Shown here piece after piece: positions 58,390 to 64,000 of a stretch of 64,000 nt of DNA. The position numbers and the translations under genes were made by a program. Position 1 is the first letter of the stretch; every line of letters begins with the position of its first letter. Origin of the DNA: Fimbriimonadia bacterium (GTDB lineage Bacteria; Armatimonadota; Fimbriimonadia; Fimbriimonadales; JABRVX01); the NCBI GenBank assembly GCA_041483895.1, contig JBGPGO010000007.1, forward strand, positions 32,001-96,000, read 5' to 3'. The notes under the pieces were generated by a model that was given only the letters and a program-made list of their open reading frames with translations, made no database searches and was not told the origin of the DNA.

Positions 58390-58931
58390 TCGCTCTCCTC
58401 TTCCTTAGCGCTCTCTTCGCCGGGCTTTGCCTTTGCGGCCGCTTTCTCCTCAGCCTCCTTGGCGAGCCGATAAATCGTCTCTTCGTTGGCGAGCGAGTCC
58501 CCTCCGCCATTCTTCGTCAATGCATGGATGTCCAGCACGCAGCCGTCCCGGTCGTACGTCGCGAACTCGTACTCGGGACCCATGTAGATCGCGTCGAAGG
58601 GACAGGCCTCAACGCATAGATCGCAGAACAGGCACCGGCCGAGGTCCATGGTGAAGATGTCCACGCCCGCGTCGGTCCCCTTCCCCACCTTGCGCATTTG
58701 GAAGACGTCGGTCGGGCATGCCTGCGCACAGAGCGTGCAGCCCACGCAGTTCAGCCGCTGCTTTTCCTCGTTCCACTTGAGATAGAACATCCCACGATAG
58801 CGAGCGCTGACGGGGCGGCGTTGGGTGGGATACTGGATGGTAACCTTTTTCTTAAGCATGTTGCCCATCGTCACGCGCATGCCTTGGAAGAAGCCAAGCA
58901 TGGCAGTCCCGATCGAGGCTACTGTGTTCAA
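58386..58931 (-). CDS. nuoI: NADH-quinone oxidoreductase subunit I
   Basis: TIQYP; two CxxCxxCxxxCP motifs. Confidence 0.95.
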   Translation of the reverse strand: MNTVASIGTAMLGFFQGMRVTMGNMLKKKVTIQYPTQRRPVSARYRGMFYLKWNEEKQRLNCVGCTLCAQACPTDVFQMRKVGKGTDAGVDIFTMDLGRCLFCDLCVEACPFDAIYMGPEYEFATYDRDGCVLDIHALTKNGGGDSLANEETIYRLAKEAEEKAAAKAKPGEESAKEEESE

Positions 58932-59965
58932 CCCTGGCCCCCGGACTTATAGACAACGACGGCAAACGTCCACACCACGGCCAGAATGCCGGCCGGAACG
59001 AGCAGCTTCCACGCAAAGTTCAGCATTTGGTCAATGCGCACGCGCGGCAGCGTCCATCGGACCCACATCATGACGAGCACGAGGAGGAACGCTTTCGCAA
59101 GAAACCAGAGAGCGCCCCAAATTCCCTGCAGCCCATCCCATCCTCCGAAAAATAGAACGACGGCAAGCGCCGCCGCAAAGAACGTGTTGCCAAACTCCGC
59201 CAGGAAGAAGAAGGCGAAACGCATGCCGGAGTATTCCGTGTTGAAGCCGCTTACCAGCTCCGACTCCGCTTCCGGCAGATCGAATGGCGTCCGGTTGGTC
59301 TCTGCAAGCTGCCCAATGAAATAGATCAGCGCGGCGAAGAACAGTGGGAGGCTAAAGATATGCCACTTCGGCAACGGGAGGAATCCCAAGAAACGCCAAC
59401 TTCCCGACTGGGCATGGACGATGTCCACCGTGCTCAGCGAACCGACATAAAAGACGATGCAAAGGGCGGCGAGCACGACCGGAATCTCATAGCTTATCAG
59501 CTGCGCCGCGGAACGCAGACCGCCGAGCAGAGAATACTTGTTGTTCGTACCCCAGCCGGCCATCAGGATCCCCATGATAGAGATAGTGGACGCGCCGATG
59601 ATGAACAGCAGAGCCAAGCTGAAATCGCTGGCGATCCAACCTTCGCTGAACGGCATGACGGAAAAGATGACGAGCGTCGGGATGAAGACGAAGAACGGTG
59701 CGATCACCATTAGAAACCGGTCGGACTTGGTAGGAATCACATCTTCCTTGATAAGCAGCTTGATCGCGTCGGCCACGGTTTGCAAGATGCCGTAGGGTCC
59801 GGTGCGCATCGGTCCGAGACGGCTCTGGATGAACCCGGCGACCTTTCGCTCCAGATAGACCATCAACAAGACGGTATTCAAAATGAACAGCAGCAAGATG
59901 ACGCCGTGGACGACCGCAAGCATCCAGGGACTGCCGCCGATCAGGGAGTCGATCCAGCCTTTCAC
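58928..59965 (-). CDS. nuoH: NADH-quinone oxidoreductase subunit H
   Basis: ERKV..RLGP, AETNRTPFDLPEAESELVSG. Confidence 0.97.
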   Translation of the reverse strand: MKGWIDSLIGGSPWMLAVVHGVILLLFILNTVLLMVYLERKVAGFIQSRLGPMRTGPYGILQTVADAIKLLIKEDVIPTKSDRFLMVIAPFFVFIPTLVIFSVMPFSEGWIASDFSLALLFIIGASTISIMGILMAGWGTNNKYSLLGGLRSAAQLISYEIPVVLAALCIVFYVGSLSTVDIVHAQSGSWRFLGFLPLPKWHIFSLPLFFAALIYFIGQLAETNRTPFDLPEAESELVSGFNTEYSGMRFAFFFLAEFGNTFFAAALAVVLFFGGWDGLQGIWGALWFLAKAFLLVLVMMWVRWTLPRVRIDQMLNFAWKLLVPAGILAVVWTFAVVVYKSGGQG

Positions 59966-61098
59966 CGATCCACCTCGCCAAGCACGATGTCCAAGCTGCC
60001 CAGAATCACGACGACGTCGGCGATCTTGGTGCCAATCGCAAGCTTTCGGAGGACCGTGAGGTTGCAGAAGGACGGCGCCCGGATATGGAGGCGTGTGGGG
60101 TCAGTGCCGCCGTCGCTCCTCATATAGAACGACAGCTCCCCGCGCGGCGATTCGACCTGGGAATAGGCCTCGCCTGCGGGAGCCTTGAGCAGCTTTCCGG
60201 TCTTGGTCAAAATCGGACCTTCCGGCAGCTTTTCGAATACCTGTCGCAAAACTTTGACGCTCTCCCTCATCTCTTGGATGCGCACCCGATATCGCGAGAA
60301 CACATCGCCGCCCGATTCAGTGCAGACTTGAAAGTCGAGATGGTCATACGCCTCGTACGGCCGGAACTTTCGAATGTCGTGACGGATGCCCGATCCGCGA
60401 AGGGTCGGACCGCTCAGCCCATACGAGACAGCCTCGTCCGCCGAGACCACCCCGACGCCCTCCGTTCGGACGCGGAAGATGCGGTTGTTGGTCAGCAATC
60501 GATCGTTCTCGTCCAGCCGCGGCTCCATATAATCGCAAAACTCCAGCACACCCTTGTCCCAGTTCTCCGGCATGTCGGCCGGAAGACCCCCGATGCGCAT
60601 CCAATTGTAGGTAAGCCGCGCGCCGGTGATCTCCTCTAGCAGATCGAGCACGTGCTCCCGTTCTCTAAAGGCGTAGAGAAATACGGTCGTGGCGCCGACG
60701 TCGGACCCAAAGGTGCCGAGGAAGACCAGGTGACTGGCGATTCGGTTCAGCTCCAGCAGTGCGACGCGAAGGTATTGGGCGCGCTCCGGCACTTCGATCC
60801 AAGCCAACCGTTCGACCGCCTGGCAATAAGAGTGGTTGTTCGCAAGCGAGCAGAGATAATCCAAGCGATCGGTGAATGGGATGTAATGGCGATAGGGCCT
60901 GCGCTCGGCAAACTTTTCGATACCGCGGTGCAGATAGCCGATCACCGGATCGCAGTCCACGACCTCTTCGCCGTCCAGAGTCAGGATCAGCCGCAACACC
61001 CCGTGCGTCGAGGGATGCTGCGGACCCATGTTCAGCATCATCCCCTGCGTGATGATCTCGCGGGTTTCCAGCGCGGGTGCGGTCGTCATGGCTTCCAT
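59962..61098 (-). CDS. nuoD: NADH-quinone oxidoreductase subunit D
   Basis: [30 protein letters not shown]-terminus. Confidence 0.97.
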   Translation of the reverse strand: MEAMTTAPALETREIITQGMMLNMGPQHPSTHGVLRLILTLDGEEVVDCDPVIGYLHRGIEKFAERRPYRHYIPFTDRLDYLCSLANNHSYCQAVERLAWIEVPERAQYLRVALLELNRIASHLVFLGTFGSDVGATTVFLYAFREREHVLDLLEEITGARLTYNWMRIGGLPADMPENWDKGVLEFCDYMEPRLDENDRLLTNNRIFRVRTEGVGVVSADEAVSYGLSGPTLRGSGIRHDIRKFRPYEAYDHLDFQVCTESGGDVFSRYRVRIQEMRESVKVLRQVFEKLPEGPILTKTGKLLKAPAGEAYSQVESPRGELSFYMRSDGGTDPTRLHIRAPSFCNLTVLRKLAIGTKIADVVVILGSLDIVLGEVDR

Positions 61099-61598
61099 CC
61101 CACCTCATCCACCGGTTGCGGACCATGAAGCGGATCGCCGCTTGGGACCGAAACGTAATCTTTGCGGAACGGGAAGCCCTCCCAGTCATCGGGCAACAGA
61201 ATTCGCCTCAGATCCGGGTGGCCCTCGAATCGAATCCCGAACATATCGAACACTTCCCGCTCGTGCCAATTGAACCCGGGCCACAGATCGGAAGCGGTCG
61301 GGACTACTGGGTCTTCACGCGAGATGGAACAGTGGAGGAGCATCGCATAGCCCTTCTCGATGGAAACAAGCCGATAGACCAAGACAAACTGCTCGCCGGT
61401 ATCGAACGCCGTTAGGTCGGCTGGGAACTTCAAGAGAAGATCATCGCGAGCGAAGGAAAGGAAATCATGCAGCTTGTCCAAAGAAACGGTGAGTCGCGCC
61501 TCGTTATCGACCCATTCCACCCCAGAAATCAGTTCTCCAAACCTCTCTTGGAGAAGAGGAATGTATCCTTGTTCGGTGGGTCGAGTTTCTTCACTCAT
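61086..61598 (-). CDS. nuoC: NADH-quinone oxidoreductase subunit C
   Basis: [31 protein letters not shown]. Confidence 0.95.
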   Translation of the reverse strand: MSEETRPTEQGYIPLLQERFGELISGVEWVDNEARLTVSLDKLHDFLSFARDDLLLKFPADLTAFDTGEQFVLVYRLVSIEKGYAMLLHCSISREDPVVPTASDLWPGFNWHEREVFDMFGIRFEGHPDLRRILLPDDWEGFPFRKDYVSVPSGDPLHGPQPVDEVGWKP

Positions 61599-61605
61599 AC
61601 GTTCG

Positions 61606-62142
61606 TCACTGAACCACAATCGGCTCCAACTGTCTCCTTTTCGCAAGGAACGGCTCTTTTTGAATTCGTTCCTGCAGTTTCATCAGCCCATAAATCAAAT
61701 TTTCCGGCCTCGGCGGGCAGCCGTAGATGTACACGCTGACCGGGATGATCCGATCCACCCCCTTGACGATGGTCTCCGAATCCCGATACGGTCCTCCGGC
61801 GCTTGCGCATCCGCCCATCGCGACGGCATACTTCGGCTCCGGCATCTGATCCCAGAGCCTCTTGATAAGCGGCGCCATTTTTACGCTGACCCATCCCGCG
61901 ACGATCATGACGTCGGCCTGGCGTGGGGTTGCGCGGAACATGATTCCGAAGCGATCCAAATCGTAATGGGAGGCCGCCGTCGCCATCATCTCGATCGCGC
62001 AACAGGACAGGCCGAAACTAAGGGACCACATCGACGACTTGCGCGCCCAATTCAGCACGCTATCCAGCTGGGCGGTAATAATGCTTCCCCCTGGAACGTC
62101 GTGTCGCTGAACGCCGTCCGGAAGCTCCTCTACCGCTCCCAT
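61606..62142 (-). CDS. nuoB: NADH-quinone oxidoreductase subunit B
   Basis: [28 protein letters not shown]. Confidence 0.96.
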   Translation of the reverse strand: MGAVEELPDGVQRHDVPGGSIITAQLDSVLNWARKSSMWSLSFGLSCCAIEMMATAASHYDLDRFGIMFRATPRQADVMIVAGWVSVKMAPLIKRLWDQMPEPKYAVAMGGCASAGGPYRDSETIVKGVDRIIPVSVYIYGCPPRPENLIYGLMKLQERIQKEPFLAKRRQLEPIVVQ

Positions 62143-62486
62143 TCCAGCCCCCCAATCCGCCAAGCGTAAATCAGCCCCGCGACCAGAATCCCTATGAAAA
62201 TTACCGTCTCGACAAACCCATACCAGCCGACCTGCTTGGCGACCAAAGCCACCGGGAAGAGAAACAGCGCCTCCACGTCGAACAGCACGAACATCAGGGC
62301 AAAGATGTAGTAGTGCAGGTTCATCTGCCTCCAGGCCTGGGAAAACGTCGGCGGGCCGCACTCGTACGTCTCCAACTTCTCGGGAGTTGGGTTCGATGGC
62401 CGGAGAAATCGAGAAATGAGCAGCGTCACCGCCATGAAGACGGTTCCGAGGAGAGTGAATGATGTGAAAACGATCAGCATCTTCAT
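62130..62486 (-). CDS. nuoA: NADH-quinone oxidoreductase subunit A
   Basis: [27 protein letters not shown]. Confidence 0.95.
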   Translation of the reverse strand: MKMLIVFTSFTLLGTVFMAVTLLISRFLRPSNPTPEKLETYECGPPTFSQAWRQMNLHYYIFALMFVLFDVEALFLFPVALVAKQVGWYGFVETVIFIGILVAGLIYAWRIGGLEWER

Positions 62487-62728
62487 CAGGTAGTACCCCC
62501 GCTTCACCGCAATAGTAGCACATGGGTCCGACCATTTCAGTCTACGTAACAATCTTATGTCATAGAAAACACCGACTTTATCTTGTCAAAGGGAGACGGT
62601 ATATTGATATTGGTAAAAGAAATACGCGCCGGGGGAAGGGCTCCCTGTGGGGAGGCCGATTCTTAGTCAAATGAAGTTCCGTCAGCCTGCTCAATAGGCA
62701 AGTACCGAACCCGGTCGGGAGGTTAATC

Positions 62729-62992
62729 ATGGCCCGACTGATTACGCAAGAGTGCATTGCTTGCGGCCTTTGTGAGCCAGAATGCCCAAACGATGCCATC
62801 TCCTTGGAGGATTCCCTCTACGTCGTCGATAGCTGGCTCTGCACGGAATGCATCGGCTTTTTCGAGACGCCTCAGTGCGGTACGGTCTGCCCCGTGGATT
62901 GCATTGAAGATGACCAGACGGTCCGGGAGACTGAGGCGGAGCTTTGGGAAAAAGCCAAGAGTCTGCACCCGGAAAAGTTTCCCACGGATTAA
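62729..62992 (+). CDS. 2[4Fe-4S] ferredoxin (YfhL-like)
   Basis: CIACGLCEPECP and CTECIG..PQCGTVCPVDC; GGGAGG RBS. Confidence 0.93.
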   Translation: MARLITQECIACGLCEPECPNDAISLEDSLYVVDSWLCTECIGFFETPQCGTVCPVDCIEDDQTVRETEAELWEKAKSLHPEKFPTD

Positions 62993-63006
62993 TACGAGGA
63001 GTAGCC

Positions 63007-64000
63007 ATGACCGATCCAATTGAATCCCGCCTGCCGTACGAGGACGAGCTTGGATTCTGCAACATTTCGATGGTGGCGCTGGGCGGCGACGGCGCAAATT
63101 CCCTGGGGAAAATGCTGTTTGATATCGCCGTGATGGTGATGAACCTGGACGGCGGATATGATGCCGCCTACGGATCGGAGAAAAAGGGGACTCCCACGTC
63201 CGTTTCGATCAAACTATGCGAGGTTGGCCGGAAGGTCCGGGAGGTCGGTCCGACAAAAGCGCCGCACATTCTGGTCGTGTTTCGGGAGCATCTGCTCGAG
63301 TCGATGGTTCTCAACCGGGGCCTTCAAAAGAAGGCCACGGTGATCGTCAACACACTCAAAACGCCGGAAGAAATCCGAGAACGGCTAAGACTGCACAGCG
63401 GCAAAATCATCTGCTTCGACGCCACCGACATCGCAACGCGCACGAAGTCTCGCATCAATATCCCCTTGTTCGCGGTATTGGCCCATACTCTGGGATTTCC
63501 CGACGACATGATGATCGCGGCGATCGAAAAGAGTTGGCCTCGGGCCAAGGTGCAGAACTTGGCGGCTTACCAAATGGCGGCGTCTGAGACCCGATTTCAG
63601 AATTTCCCTGCCGACGGCAGATACCCGCTGGTTCCGTATGACCACCATCTGACCGGTGCGATTGGCTGGGACAACCAAAACGAAGGGTCTTATATCGAGA
63701 ACACGGAGTATCTCAACATGCGCTCCACCAAGCCGATGCGCGCGGGACAGATCCCCATCTTTAAGCTGGAGCCCTGCATCAACTGCGTAAAATGCTTCTT
63801 CACCTGCCCGGACCCCGGCTCGATTGTGTACAGGGACGGACAGATGATTGGGATCGATTACGACTTCTGCAAAGGATGCCTTCGGTGTGTCACGGTCTGC
63901 CCGGAGACGAAGAAGGGGCACGCGCTGGTTACCGTCAAGGAGTCGGACTACGCCGCGCTGGTAACGGAGAACCCGGTGCGGCACACGCCGGAACCGGTTG
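63007..64000 (+). CDS. 2-oxoacid:ferredoxin oxidoreductase gamma/delta fusion subunit, 3'-truncated by window (absent from the ORF track)
   Basis: Own translation: ALGGDGANSLG, YGSEKKGTP, CINCVKCFFTCPD, IDYDFCKGCLRCVTVCP; GAGGAG RBS. Confidence 0.9.
   Translation, partial: MTDPIESRLPYEDELGFCNISMVALGGDGANSLGKMLFDIAVMVMNLDGGYDAAYGSEKKGTPTSVSIKLCEVGRKVREVGPTKAPHILVVFREHLLESMVLNRGLQKKATVIVNTLKTPEEIRERLRLHSGKIICFDATDIATRTKSRINIPLFAVLAHTLGFPDDMMIAAIEKSWPRAKVQNLAAYQMAASETRFQNFPADGRYPLVPYDHHLTGAIGWDNQNEGSYIENTEYLNMRSTKPMRAGQIPIFKLEPCINCVKCFFTCPDPGSIVYRDGQMIGIDYDFCKGCLRCVTVCPETKKGHALVTVKESDYAALVTENPVRHTPEPV

Noticed and set aside
60914..60924. Perfect single arm TTTTCGATACC in nuoD; similar half-matches at 10321 and 32402
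   Set aside because: No partner arm at 6-nt spacing and all lie inside coding sequence, so chance matches
1..64000. CRISPR array, rRNA or IS transposase
   Set aside because: No regularly spaced repeats with unique spacers, no rRNA-like tract and no transposase motif seen

Overview
Bacterial, GC-rich chromosomal window. Dockerin-like C-terminal domains and a PEP-CTERM tail suggest Armatimonadota/Fimbriimonadia (inference only). A tRNA-Asn(GTT) at 2107-2182 is followed by a tyrosine integrase and a mosaic genomic island of about 47.6 kb that ends near 49793. Core metabolism follows: korAB, an 11-subunit complex I (nuoA-D, H-N, no nuoEFG), a ferredoxin and a partial 2-oxoacid oxidoreductase gamma/delta gene. 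The main observation is inside the island. Two near-identical XerC-like tyrosine recombinase genes (18314-19249 minus, 34568-35515 plus) each sit directly behind a 28-bp dif/lox-like palindrome (11-6-11, consensus NNTATCGATAA-TGGNNN-TTTTCGATANN). Eight such sites occur, all intergenic, between 19.3 and 47.1 kb, and they divide the cargo into modules: a split cyclase-STAND-TPR system, a decayed type I R-M/PIN block, a SIR2 gene, a malectin glycosidase, an OsmC/acyl-CoA dehydrogenase/PhnD-like/MetE-like operon, glycosidase plus phosphatase, and a toxin-immunity pair. A perfect 45-bp copy of the tRNA 3' end lies inverted between the inverted site pairs, consistent with a past inversion. This looks like a self-encoded, integron/pdif-like cassette-shuffling system. 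All product calls come from reading motifs by eye; no database searches were run.
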